Assembly: GCA_038496445.1 (NCBI GenBank)
Contig: JALMLS010000321.1
Location: 1 to 64,000 of the forward strand
Direction: 5' to 3'
Source of the DNA: Trichosphaerium sp. ATCC 40318
Lineage: Eukaryota > Protista > Tubulinea
Length of the DNA stretch: 64,000 nt
Of this stretch, positions 47,380 to 60,274 are shown piece by piece. The notes under the pieces were generated by a model, which was not told where the DNA came from, did not search any database, and worked only from the letters and a program-made list of their open reading frames with translations. How positions within the stretch are numbered: position 1 is the stretch's first letter; the number at the start of each line of letters is the position of its first letter. Made by a program: the position numbers and the translations under genes.

Positions 47380-50300
47380 TTAGTAGATGTTGTTATTCAA
47401 CCCACCAAAATCTTGAGACAAATGACTTCTTATTGCCATACGAAATGCTTCAATAATATTTATGTTCCACTTTACTGTAGTTTCAACAGCATTAAGACCT
47501 TCTTGCGTACACAACGCCTTGAAAACTGTAAGATGGTTTTTCTCAGTTTTTTGTAAAGTACCTGTACTTTACGCCAAGGTACTTTTCTTTCTTCTACCAA
47601 ATCAACTTTTGTGCCAACTAAAACTTTTGTACAATCCAGGGGAGCATACCTTGCTATCTCCTCTAACCAATCCTTTACGTTTTCAAAAGCTAACAGGTAA
47701 AAAACAATTATTAGGGCACAAAGAAAAATGAAAAGAGTACATTGTTCATTTGTTGTATCGTAAAGGATCAATGCAATATCATTAGCCCGAAAGGGTGATT
47801 GTCCATAAAATGGCCTCATGTAACTTTCATTGTACCAAATATCATGCTGTTAATTGATTAAACAAAGGAAGTTGGATACAAACAATGAAACTGTTTCAAG
47901 GATAAAAATTGTTTCGTGTTTTCTTCTGTGATGAGCGACAGGTGTTTTTGTGGTTTTTTGTAAAAGTAAAACTCATAGCATACCACTCTAAGTTTTATCC
48001 GCCTTCCATATTCTATACAATGCCTATCTTTCTACAAACAAACAAAAAGTTAAGTTTTCTTTTTCTTAATTCTTTCTTACATATTCAAAAACACTTCGTG
48101 AACCAAATTCCCACTCACTATCGCAATATTTATTAATTAGACTCGTTTTTCCTAATAAAGGATTAGAGGGTATACATTAAAACTTAGAACAGAGAAAATA
48201 TAGCGTGCCTACTCCCGAGTTCCCAAAAACCGTTAATTTGAAACATAAATCAGCTTTTTCTTTTAAACTATTTCTTCTTGAGGAAGGCTTCTTTACACCT
48301 AAAAACTTTTTCTTCTTTCTTTTTTTATTAACTTGAATAGTTTCTTTCGGTTCTTTACCATCAGGGTAAATAAATCCCTCTGTTCGAAGAGCAAAGTCAA
48401 ACAAAAGCACGAAATCAACAGAATCAAAATTTTCTCTTTTCAAAAAAAACTCACCACGTGATAAAACGCCATCTACACCGTAATTTCTTGTTACTGTTTT
48501 AATACCGTCTAGTTCAAACGGAAGTAGTGTATGACAGCCAAGACATACTGGACGGATATTAACACAGAACGAAATACTGCTGCTGACTCTCTGTGAAAAA
48601 ACAAACTTACCGTTGGCAGAATAGAAACTTGGTGCAGTTCTGAGTATCGCGTGGAATGTCCGACAAGTCCATCTAATAGCCATTCTATCCACAGATTCTA
48701 GTTTATCAAATACAAGAAGCCAAGATTCTGGTGAAAGGTCAAACTCAGCAGAAGCTGTTCCAAGGTACTCTTCACAAACGCAAGTGAACAAAACGCTTTT
48801 TACAAAAGTAAAGATGTACCACAAATAACGCTAAGTGTTTCGTGGTGCCCATAACTTTTAGCCATCTCATACGGTGTACCATTAGGACCCTTATTGAAGG
48901 AATTAGTGAATTATTAAAGTACATAAGGACAAAGTTCTTACACTATCTCCAAGAAGCCTTTCAACATGTTTCTTTTTTCGAACATGACTTAGTAGACATC
49001 TTGCCATTCTGCTGTTATGTACACGTGCAGCCTAGTTAATCATCAATATAATAAATGGCTTGAAAGAGTACTAACATGATGGAATACCGTCTCTCCATAG
49101 CTAGAAAAAATTAAAACTATTAAACGAGTCAACAAGATTACCTGTTTTTATGGTTCAAGTGAGTTCCACATGCGATAAGAAACTTAACCGTCTCAACACT
49201 ACTTTTTAGTACTGCTCTGTGAAGTAGTGTATCGTCTCTCTTTGAATGCCTCTTGTTACAATCATACCCTTTAATAGTAACCAAGTTAAATCACAGCGAA
49301 TAAAGTGGTACTCTTACCCATATCGAAAACATAACGGAGTAGCATTTTCTGTATGTTCAAGTTCCTCTTACTTGGATTCCATGTCACTAAATGCATAGGC
49401 GCATTACCGACACCACTGAGTATAAGTTTTTTACTATCTACCATTGCTTGTAGTATAGTGATAATGGATTTGTTTTCTTTCAAATTTACCAAAACTGAAG
49501 CATGCTCCTACACTCAGGTTTTTTTATTGTCAGCATTGGTATCTTCAAAATATTTTAAGCTCATGATGAACTACGTACGAAGGGTGTACGACGTGCTTTG
49601 TCATACTCCTATAACTTGTCAAAAATCTGTATACATGTGGCCACATGTACCGGGGAAACGTACCAGATTTATATCAACTTTATCAAGCCAAGTATTAAAA
49701 ATTGAAATAAAACCTTTTTATAACACGTGTTAGCAAGTGCCACTTGTTTACACAATCAAATATCCGTAAAGAAAATAACGAACCTCCATCAATAGCTCCA
49801 AAGAGTAATAGCTGTTTTTCTCTAATAGAAAAAGACTTATAGTACTCTAAAGTTTGTTTTAAAGACGACTTATGAAGATATTACAAAAAGCTTACTAGTT
49901 ATTATAAACTCAACGACATTCGAAGGTACATCGTTTTTTCCTTGTGATTGACATATGAGCCTTGCAGCCACTTCATCTCCATTTAATATGATCCAATGTA
50001 AAGGAGAAATACCATCGCTAAACAAAGAAAAAAAGTCAAACACAAATCGTACATCGTTGGTCATACAAAAAAAACCAAAAGACACTCACTCATTTTTGAG
50101 AAGATACCCAGCATTCATGGCAAGCAACATAGCTATCAAGATATAGTTCTTACGAAACACACAAATGTGCAACGCTGTGTTCCCTATACGGTTTGTTTCA
50201 TCTACATCTACACCTGCGCATGTCATGTAAATAAATATAATCACGTGATCCCTTCGTTGAAGGTTCTACAAATAAAATAATTTCAAAAATATCGTTACCT

Positions 50301-50859
50301 CTTTTGAAAACAGCCGCAACAAGTTTCTCCGCAGCGTCTCTCTTATGCTTATACTTCGCCAAAGCATGTAATACAGTATTTCCTGTAATACCATCTATCA
50401 TTTTAACTTTACTACAGTTCACTAAATCCACAGCAAGACGTATATTCCCTTATGAAATGTCATCATCATTTCATCAAAAAAATAAAAAAAAAAAAATTAC
50501 AAACCCAAAAACAATCACGTGGAAGAGGAGAAGAAAAGTTTTCTTTTGTTTACCACAAAAGTACACAAGCAAGGGAAACAATTATGGCAATTTTAGTTTT
50601 TGTTCAGGTTTTTTTTAGGAGTATGTAAAGTGTTTTAGGTTTTAGACGTACCGTTACTTACAGCACGGTCCAGTAGTGTTTGTTTATTTGTCTTTGAGTT
50701 TAATAGGGTGCTTTCCACTTGTTTTATCTTATCACGTGCGCTTTTCTTCGTTAAAAACCCTGGGTTCGCTGCATAAGCCCAAAGTTGTGCGTATGGAGCT
50801 TCTCTTCTTAGTAGTGCTGGCATGTTATCAACTTCATCATTAACTCCATCACTTGACAT
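47380..50859 (-). CDS. Ankyrin repeats + F-box + degenerate Rab-like GTPase fusion; many introns
   Basis: GNTVLH, GNTALH, GISPLH ankyrin motifs; DLSPESWLLVFDKL...TCRTFH F-box; FKLTVFGNSGVGKT, SFENVKDWLEEI, VLVGTKVDL. Confidence 0.75.
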
Positions 50860-51207
50860 TAGATTTGGTTAGTGCGTAAGGGCCTTGGTCTGAGCAGCAA
50901 AAAAAAGCAGACAAACAGTCAATGAATTTAGTAACGAAAACGTAAAATGTGTCAAATAAAACAAAAGCGACCAAACAAAGATATCGACATCATTAGTATA
51001 CACGTGTTCCCACTTTACAGCTTCAGAAGGAAATGATTTTACATCCAAAAATGCCCAGCCATGCTTTAAACTACAACCCTTCCATTGAACAGCTATATAA
51101 TCTTTCTAATTTATGCTATCTTTGAAACAGGTTTTTTTTTGCTTGCGTTTCAACTGAACAGTTTTTAACGTTACAGTGGTATAAAATTTATTGTATATAG
51201 CGCAAAC

Positions 51208-52988
51208 TAGGTGTACATGGTCACGCGTGCTTTGGTTGTAAGTCTCTCCTTGTCCTTAATAAATAGTCTTAGCAACAAAAAATTATTTTATTTGCAAGAA
51301 ATACAAACCTTCGCAATATGTACGGTCTCATCAACGTGGTTAAGGCATTGAAGTCACCCGCATCAAGCAAATCAGAAAACTGATCCATAGACGTAAAAAC
51401 TGACGGATCCAGCAAGTGAAACAATGCAAACAACTCCTAAAAGCAAACTGTAGGCAACAGGTTTTCTGAATAGAAGAAATAAAAATAAATGATGTTTTGA
51501 AACGCACCCCCGTGATTTTGAATTGGTGTACCTGTAAGTAACAACCTTGTACACGCGTAATTATTGGTAATATGCTTGTATAATTTAGACTCTATATTCC
51601 TCAGCCTTACTGCTTCGTCAAGTACCATAAGACGCCATTGTATGCTACTTAGGTACTCACTATCTCGTATTGTCATTTCATAAGTAGTCACAAGAACATC
51701 AAACTAGTAATAAATATCTGGTTAATGCTCCACTGTAGTTGCTGTAAAGTCAAATATGAGTGAAGTACCTTAGGTTTAGTGGTTCCTGGATAGAAAAACT
51801 CTAATTGACGGATCACTTGCCTGCTATTTCTAGCACCCTTATTTCAGATTCAGCATTAGCATTAGAAACTTCAATCACTTTGCTTACATAATATTTAATA
51901 GTGTTCAAGTCTGTCCAAGATGTAAGCTCTTTTCCCCAGCTCATCATTGTTGACAATGGCACCACAATAAGGAAAGGTCCTTGAATGTTTCGTTTATAAC
52001 GAAGAATATCCAGAACACCTATTGTCTACCCAGAATTAGTTCAAAAAAAAAAGAACTCACCAAAAAAAGACATTCCACATAACACGTACTTGGATTGTTT
52101 TACCCAAACCCATTTCATCTGCAAGAATACAACTCCTTCCTTGTAAGAAATTATGAATGATCCAATTGACACCATCAAGTTGAAAGTATCTTAAACTTTT
52201 CCCATTCTTGAATGGCTTAAGCTCAGTTTCATGAGCAAAAACAGTATCTTCTTCACCCTAAGCTTAGAATTACTTCGTTTAAATACATCTTAGAAGTAAC
52301 ACACTATGTTTGGCTGTATACAACCCTTTTCATATTGGGTTATAAGCTCGTCATTATTGAGGTCTTCCCTTGTTTCAAGAGTTGAGTCAGCATATGAACG
52401 CTTATTCCATTTCACCAAGTACTTTACATTACCCTCTATGTCAGCGCTTTTAATGTCTTTCAAAAACACTAAAATATCTCATACGCATACCTGAAAGCTT
52501 TAGTATTGCTATAACTCTCTCTGGGATACAGTACTGCGACCAATCACGTGTTTCGGGCGGATTTTTAGCCTATATTTTCAGTTAAAAAGACAGAGTTGTT
52601 TGGTACACAAATGACAGTGTACGTGTTTCTTCATGTAGTTCGTAATCATTTTCGACTCTGAAGTACCAGTTTTACAGATTTCTGAAGCAGTACACCACGA
52701 GAGATGAAGATACGACCGATTTTTCCATTTTATCAAAAACTCATAATTTTCTGGTATTTCCGACACTGGGTTAGTTGATTGTTGTTTATAAGCCAACTGG
52801 CGTTCGCTGCCGGTCTCTTGGCACTGCTTATCACTTAATTCTGCTGTCTGTACGTTTTGTAAAAATATGCCGTTATCATTGATTTAAAAACGCACGATAG
52901 AAGATGCAATGCGATGTTGTAGTATTCTTTCAACTCTCACAGGAGTATTTTCGATGAACTGATCTAAAACAATACTTATATCCTCCAT
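51208..52988 (-). CDS. C-terminally truncated CHD-family remodeler (double chromodomain + SNF2 N-lobe only); possibly a pseudogene
   Basis: [57 protein letters not shown], then a stop; no HELICc before the next gene. Confidence 0.8.
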
Positions 52989-53240
52989 TACCTCCCTTCT
53001 ACGCCTGATTAATCACAATCACAACGTTTATGATACTAAATAGCAAATCTGAGACATTAACGCAAATGTCACGAGCAATTTGATCTAAAACGTCCACTAA
53101 TCCATTAAAAATGTTATATTACCTCAAATGAAGTCAGCAACGTGCTCCACAGTTACTTCTTGAGATTGTATTTGGAATTTCAAAGAACTCTACCAGAAAA
53201 GACGGTTATTTTCCATCAAAATAACTCAACACAAACAACA

Positions 53241-54897
53241 ATGCTAGCAACGATTCAAAACGAGCCTGATTTCAATTTTCCTACTATTCCAAAGGATTCA
53301 GAAGGATTTACACAGAGTTTTGGTTTAAACGAGCCAGAAGGCATAAAATCGGTACGCCAACGCTCCTTTTGACGTCTTGGACAAGTTTACCATGCTTTTG
53401 AGGAGTTGCCAAAACGAGACATTTGTTAAGCAATGGCATACGAGACATAAACAACAAAGTGCTGTGCTACCTATTTTTTGACAGTTTGATAGTTTTTCGA
53501 TACATACGGGTTTGTAGTAATTCGAGACATCCTCTCAGCAGCTGAGATACAAGCTAGTGTTAATGATATTTGGTACAATGTCCTGCAATTGATTGTTCTT
53601 CTAAGACTTTGTTTAGGAACTATGTTGAAACAGCTAGTTGGTGTGGAGGAGACCCAGCACTTCAAAATGTTGTGAATCGTGCTGATCCTAGCACGTGGAC
53701 CAAAGAGGTACCATCTTTTTTATAGTTTAGATTTGAACCATACTTGGAGTATCTTGCTGATCGTTACCAAAGCAATGGCCAGGTATGGAACGTGCCGGCT
53801 TCACCGATGATAATCCTGTACTCACAAATCAAGCTTTTTATATCAGGCAACATCCAAGAGTACGTTTTATCAACCAATAGTTGGCTAATCCAAAAAAAGG
53901 TGTATCACGCTTTTCGTACAGTGATTGGGAAGAAAAAATTGTGGGTAAACATTGACAGATACGGTCTCTTCCGACCAACAAGAAACGTACTGTTCCAAGA
54001 TGGCACAAGAGTACGTACTCTAGTGGAAAAAAAACCGCAAAGTTATTTTAAGCTAATGCTTGTTCAGAGGAATGTACCTTCGTGGAAAACCAATAATAAC
54101 ATACACTTTGATACTAATCCATGGGCGTATTGTGACGGTAAGATATTAAAAACTCTTTTTTGAGAAGTAATCCAACCTCACACTATCGTAGATCACATTA
54201 AACGCGCTGAAAAATCTAAGGTTCATATCTAACAAAAACAAGTTTTGTTTCCGTTACTCACACTCTACTTAGATAGTTTTTAACGATTATACATGGCTAC
54301 CAAAATTTTGTAGGGAGTACAACGCTGCAGGAAAGTTATCAGATTCAGAAGTAAAAGTACAAGGTAGCGTGCAATAATATCTATCTTGAAAACCAAAAAA
54401 CCCTGTAGGGCTTATAAACTTCATGGATAACAGAGAAGAGGATGGTGGATTCCAACTCGTACCGGGGTTTTTGAAACACGCAAAAGCTTGGACACAGGCA
54501 ACACGTGAAAATCTTCAAGAATGCTTCACGTCCGTGACTATTTTCCAATTGTTACTAAACGCACTCGTAGATCGTCATTACACCTTCAAATGCCACCTAA
54601 CAGCAAGCTATATAACCACGCTCAACGTGTTCCACTTCGTGCAGGACATATTTGTATCTGGCACGCTTTGATACCACATGGAAGTGCTCCAAACAACAGT
54701 GATAGACCAAGGTAAACATAGTGCTACAAAGGCAATTTACTAAGACAAAACACAGGCTAGCACAATTTATAAGAATGTTCCCAGAGCAGAAACGTAACCA
54801 ACCACGTGAAAAGACTCTGACCAACGCAATGTCAACATGTGGATTCACTCCTTCAGCCATTGGTAATCGCGTATTTGGATTTCAAAGATGGGAATAA
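53241..54897 (+). CDS. PhyH-like Fe(II)/2-oxoglutarate dioxygenase; multi-exon
   Basis: FFDTYGFVVIRDIL, HxD (IHFDTNPW), DGGFQLVPGF, IWHALIPHGSAPNNSDRPR. Confidence 0.8.
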
Positions 54898-55018
54898 AAA
54901 AAGAAAAAATACAAAACTAAACTCACCATTGCAAGAGACTTCATGATAATTTGAACAAACAGAGACTCACACTCTTAAACGTTTGATAGTTTGTTAATAA
55001 AAGCTAAAGTGTAAACTA

Positions 55019-55365
55019 GCGCCCTTCCGTTATGAATGAATAATTTGAATATTCAAATACAGCCTACATTCACAAATATTCACGACTAAAAAAATTCATT
55101 CATTATTCATGCGCAGAAAATTGTGCAATTTGATGGCTGATTTTGACTGGATTTGGGTTATGGTGTTCTGTTGACTATTCCGATTCGGTTTTCAAATGCA
55201 ACTTGTTGAATCTATCCATTAGGAACATTGCTAGGTGCTACAAACCAAAGCTCCTCAACATCCTGACTCACCAAACGCCCATGAATATTCATGAATGAAT
55301 ATTAATAAATATGGCTTACGGGACAATGAATATGAATATTGCTTGTATTCATAACGGAAGGGCGT
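55019..55365. mobile_element. MITE with 18-bp perfect terminal inverted repeats and a candidate 5-bp TSD
   Basis: CGCCCTTCCGTTATGAAT 55020-55037 / ATTCATAACGGAAGGGCG 55347-55364; AACTA at 55014-55018 and 55366-55370; subterminal TGAAT/ATTCA repeats. Confidence 0.85.
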
Positions 55366-55617
55366 AACTATGAAGATAAAATAATTCCAAAGTTTTTTTT
55401 TTTTTCAAAAGGTATCGACGCTTTAATCTACAATAACACCAATACTATAGTACATTTTAGGTGTAAGCAGATACCAACACGTAGCTTTAACTACACAATA
55501 GGATTCTAGAACAAAAGAGAATAAGCCCAAAAAATCAATAACATTGCAAAAAAAAACGTTTGTTCCGCCCACAACACGTACCCGTTAGCATTTTTTTAGG
55601 TTTTTCATAGATGAAGC

Positions 55618-56594
55618 TCATAAGAGCCTACAAATGCCTCCACCACGACGCTTCTTTTTGGCATCACTCTCTGCGTCTTCATTTTCGTCGCATAACTTTT
55701 CAATTTGTCTAATAAGGATATGGAAAATCTCCTCTACGTTAGTACGGTCTTTTGCTGATGTTTCAAGGAACTCAGCGCCGAATTTTTTTGCTTGTTCTTG
55801 ACCTTCTTCTGTTGGCACTTTACGCTTGTCTTCCATATCACACTTGTTTCCAATAAGAACGAGGGGTACCTTAGAGACGTTTAGAAGGAGAAAATATCGA
55901 CAAGCTTTTTGTTTTTGTAGAGCAACGTCAAAGGTGTTTATCTGTTTATATTAACCAAGTTTTGGCGATAAACAGTGCGATTTGAAGTATTAAAACGGGG
56001 TTTGACGTATACCTCCTTCTTGTTTTTTATACAAACTATTTGCTCCTGTATACCGCTCACTTCATTAAAAGTGGAACGTGATATTATACTAAAGAAGGTA
56101 AGTAACGCGTTTGTCATACGCTATTACGAATTTTGATTTTTCTCCGGTACAACATTGCCCGTCAAGTAAGTAAACGTTTATATGCCCGTACCTATAAACA
56201 AGTGCGAATCCTTGTCCTTCTCGTATGTAAAACGTTCGCATAGCCTCGAATTGCTCCTACGATATCACATAAGCCTATCAATCGTATTTAACGGGTAATG
56301 CGCACTGTTCCTGCTGTATCTGTTATTTCAACCATGTATGGTTTTCCATCTACAGCTAGTTGCTTCCTATAGCGGTCTTCGATTGTTGGGTCATACTAAC
56401 GTTGCTCAATTAACCAAAAAAAAAAAAACAAAATGAGTGCGTTACCTTGTCTACAAATATGCCTTGTGCAAATTGTATTGAAATTGCGGACTTGCCTTTG
56501 TGCTTTATAAGTACTTTTCTGTAAAGTACTAAATAAAGAACCCCGTACCAACACCTCCCGCTCCTAGTACGACAATTTTGCACTCTCTTGGCAT
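55618..56594 (-). CDS. Rap-subfamily small GTPase; multi-exon
   Basis: GAGGVGKS, YDPTIED, DTAGT (Rap signature T61), GNKCD, ETSAK, CaaX CRLL. Confidence 0.9.
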
Positions 56595-56805
56595 CGCAAG
56601 GTTGTTTGAACGTGTTTTATTTGACCAAAGTTTGAATTTAGTGTTTTTTTGGTTGTAAAACATTACTGGTAGAAAACAGCTTGCCTTACCTCGTTTCTTG
56701 GTAGTCATAAATCAAGCGTAAAGTTGACATAACACCAACGCCTGTCACTTTTACTGCGACCTAGATTATGCCCTTTGTGGTAAAGATATAGCCAATACAA
56801 CACGA

Positions 56806-59118
56806 ATGGCGGGTTGGGCAAGAAACTTGAGTTCAAAAGCGCGATTGAAACTACGTACGTCACCATTAGACCGACAGGCACTAACATGTCAAATAGGCGA
56901 CCCTACCAGATTTTTTGGGGAGCAACAACGCAAAAAAAAAGGCTACTGGAACGACAAGGAGAATCAAAGTCGTTGCATCGATGAGGTTGGACAACGTACA
57001 GTTTAAATTAAATTTACAACATGCCATTCTTATTTATCGGTAGAATTACGTATCTTCGTACTCAGTGATTGGTATAAAGCAAATACGCGTGACATACAGA
57101 CAAAAGGAGGCCAACAACTACTAAAAAAGTAAGTGAACCATTTAACATGCCTCTGGCGCTCTTAATAGTCGAGGCCTCTTTTGCAAGCCTATAAACTCAT
57201 ATTGTTATTGTCAGGTACGATAATTCGTACTCTACTGCTCTGGTAGCGCTTTATCCCGATTACTCATGGAATCCAAGCAAATTCGAGTACGTTGCGAGCT
57301 CTTTACGTCGTTTCATTCAGATTAAACAGCAAAAAATAGCTTTTTTGTTTGGGTTTTTTTTAATACCTTGTGCACGTTTCTCTAACATCACCATCAATTA
57401 GCACAGTACCAACATACTACTGGGATGATATAGCAAAACAAAGGGCTAAATTTGATCAAGTAGCACGTGATAATGGCGTAAAGTTATTCAGTGATTGGAA
57501 CAGATTCTCATGGGAAGATCTTTGTCATCGTGGATGTACAACAATTTTACAAAAGTGCGTTGATTGCTGTAAAATATTCTTTTCAATATTCACCGTTAAA
57601 CAAATCAAAGCCAAACATCAACTAGAAGTTCCCTATTGAGAAATGAAACAACCAAAAAAAAGAAGATTTCTTTCCATGTATTTTACTTCCCCAAGTGCCC
57701 TCCTTGTGATGTTATATTAAATTTACCTAGGTATAAAAACTCTATATCTGAGGCACTTGATACGTTATATCCGAAATCCGATTGGGCACAGTATGAGCTT
57801 GCGTATGTCTTCAGTTCTTTTTTCCTTTTTTTTTTTTTTATGACTTACTTATTTATCTAGTGTGGCTCAGCATAAACACGAAGCACTTCGTGCTCAACGT
57901 GAGGTAAAGCTTGATAGTGTAGGATATCAACATGGTATTAAAGTTCTTGATGATTGGTATAAGATTTCTGTTTTGGCGTCTGTAGCTCACTTGAAAAAAT
58001 GGTACCCTTTCTTTTTTTGTTTTGAACTAGCTTGATCAAATTGATGGTTAATTATTTACCTTTAGTTTTGATGGTAATCTTGTATCTGCGCTTAGACATG
58101 TATACCCTGATCATACATGGGAGGAATGGCGATTTAAGTATGTATAAGTGTAAAAACTTGTTTCAAAGAAAAAAAAACTTGTATTGATTATTTGTAGCTG
58201 TCCTAGCGGTTCTGTAGTAAATGACTATATGGCAAGGTTAGAAAAAATAGCTCAGAGTTTGGGCGTCAAGTATTTGGATGATTGGATTAATGTATCGAAG
58301 TCAGAAATGATACGAAGTGGCGGCCATTTCATTATGAAAAAGTACACAAAAAAAACCGATGTTGGTTACTTCAGCCTCGAAATTATTTTTCCAAAAGCAC
58401 ATAGATCTTGAATGTAAACCAATAGGTTTTATTTTAAGGATATTAAAACGACATTGAGTACCCCATGTGGCTACAAAATGTTAAAGGTTTTTTTGGGTTT
58501 TTTTTCAATGTCTAATTTTCTTTGAAGGTATGGCGGCTCGTTATCACGTCTTCTATCTGTACTGTACCCTGATTATGAATGGAATTTTGATCAAAAAGCT
58601 CCTCTTAATTACTGGACAGAGACAGCTAATGTTGCAGTATGGATGAGAGGTGCTGAACAAGAACTTGGTGTAAAACAACCATCTGATTGGTATCGAGTAT
58701 CAAGGAAGCAACTTGAAGATTTGAATGGTCGTGGTTTATCACATTACTTCCCTTCAGTTCTTAAACAGATATATCCTGAGTACGCATGGGATGATGCGTT
58801 ACTAGACAACGCCGACAGGCGTTCTATTCAGCGGTACGCATTTTTTATCATTTTTTTTCTTTTCTTCAAAACCCGATTTCTCTTCGAGCTTTTCAGCGAT
58901 ATACATATGTATATATCTCCTCGACTTAGCTCTGTATTCCTTCAAAATACTCTGTAACATCTCAGAACACTTGTATATAAAGCAATAAGCTATAGAAAAC
59001 CCGTCAAAAATCACGAACACTTGTGACCAATTTTTTTTCTTTTTCGAACCCTGACTTTATTTTGTGTTTGTTTAGCATGGTTGTTTTAAATATCAAGGAC
59101 CTATTTGCAATATCTTAA
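56806..59118 (+). CDS. Uncharacterised protein of about 65-70 aa repeats (YW..R..D..LGV...DWY...GG..L..Y..S..AL..LYP...W); start uncertain
   Basis: At least five repeat units spread over short exons; spliced end QRMVVLNIKDLFAIS*. Confidence 0.65.
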
Positions 59119-60038
59119 TATTGGTGATTTTTGATAGTATGTAAATACAACAAGAAAGAAATGAACGCACATTTAAGGAGATGAAGTCAACGTACATCAC
59201 CATTATTCACTGTGAGCGGAAAAGCAGCTTTCCTCACCTTCCGCTTGGTCTTTACTGGTGTCTTTAAACCTGATAATAGAATCACCTTGTTACTGATAGG
59301 TTCTGGGCTATCTCTAGCTACACGTGACAAACGGTATGGTTTTTTTTTTGAGACGATTGCTTCATTTGTATTAAATTTACTCTACTAAGTCTTGAATAGC
59401 TTGTCATTGAGAGTAATAGTCATAAGTGATTACCCTCACACGGTAGAATCAGCTCAGTATACAGTCTATCCTTTGTGTTCATGGCACCTATATGCCATCA
59501 TTGAATTACAAGGAAGCAATTAATCGAGGTTTGAACTTGGTATCTGGTGTAATACACCGAAACTAGGTATGACAGAAAAAAGACACTATTGACTTTTGGC
59601 TGTACTAGAAAAATAAAAACAGCAGTAGAAACAGATACTGTTGCTAAAAGAGCGTAATATAATATAAGGACCAAACAGGAATTGAAAACAAAGCGCCTCT
59701 CTACTAGGTGTTGACATGTTGGAATTTTCTATAAACTTGCCTGTTTTAACCAATGACACTACAATAAAAAATTGTCAGCTATACCTATTGTACTTCCTTA
59801 CACATTGTAGTGTTTTGTTGGTTTACATTCAATTATGACGGTCTACTCTATACCATAAACTTTGTGTGAAAGAATATGATGTAGTTGTATTATCAGCTGC
59901 ATGTTTCCTTCTTCAGTTTTTGTTGGTCAATGCCTTTACGGTTTTTCTGTCTTTAGATGTTTTGTATTACTCTACACCTTTCCACTTTTGTTGTGTGTTA
60001 CCTCTTCTTTAAAGGTAAGCCAAGACTTTTATTTTGTT

Positions 60039-60099
60039 GATTTGAACCAGTGACCTAGAGATCTACAGTCTCCCGCTCTACCAACTGAGCTATGGTGAG
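60039..60099 (-). pseudogene. 3'-truncated, intronless tRNA-Tyr(GTA)
   Basis: CTCACCA TAGCTCAGTTGGTAGAGC G GGAGA CTGTAGA TCTCT AGGTC ACTGG TTCAAATC, then unrelated sequence; the rest of the 3' T-stem and the 3' acceptor strand are absent. Confidence 0.8.
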
Positions 60100-60274
60100 G
60101 AGGTGATGGTGACAAATTACGACACCGCCTGTTCGACAACAGAACATCCACAGCTGTACAGCCATTCATACGGAAGATACCTTGATGCAAGATGTCAAAG
60201 GTACTCTCACTACTATACCTGATACACGTATACAACAATGTATGTAAGAATTCTATTTTATTCAAGTAGGATGT

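Noticed and set aside
59231-59243. Missing 3' half of the tRNA-Tyr (tcctcaccttccg)
   Set aside because: Three mismatches over about 12 nt to the expected sequence; compatible with chance.
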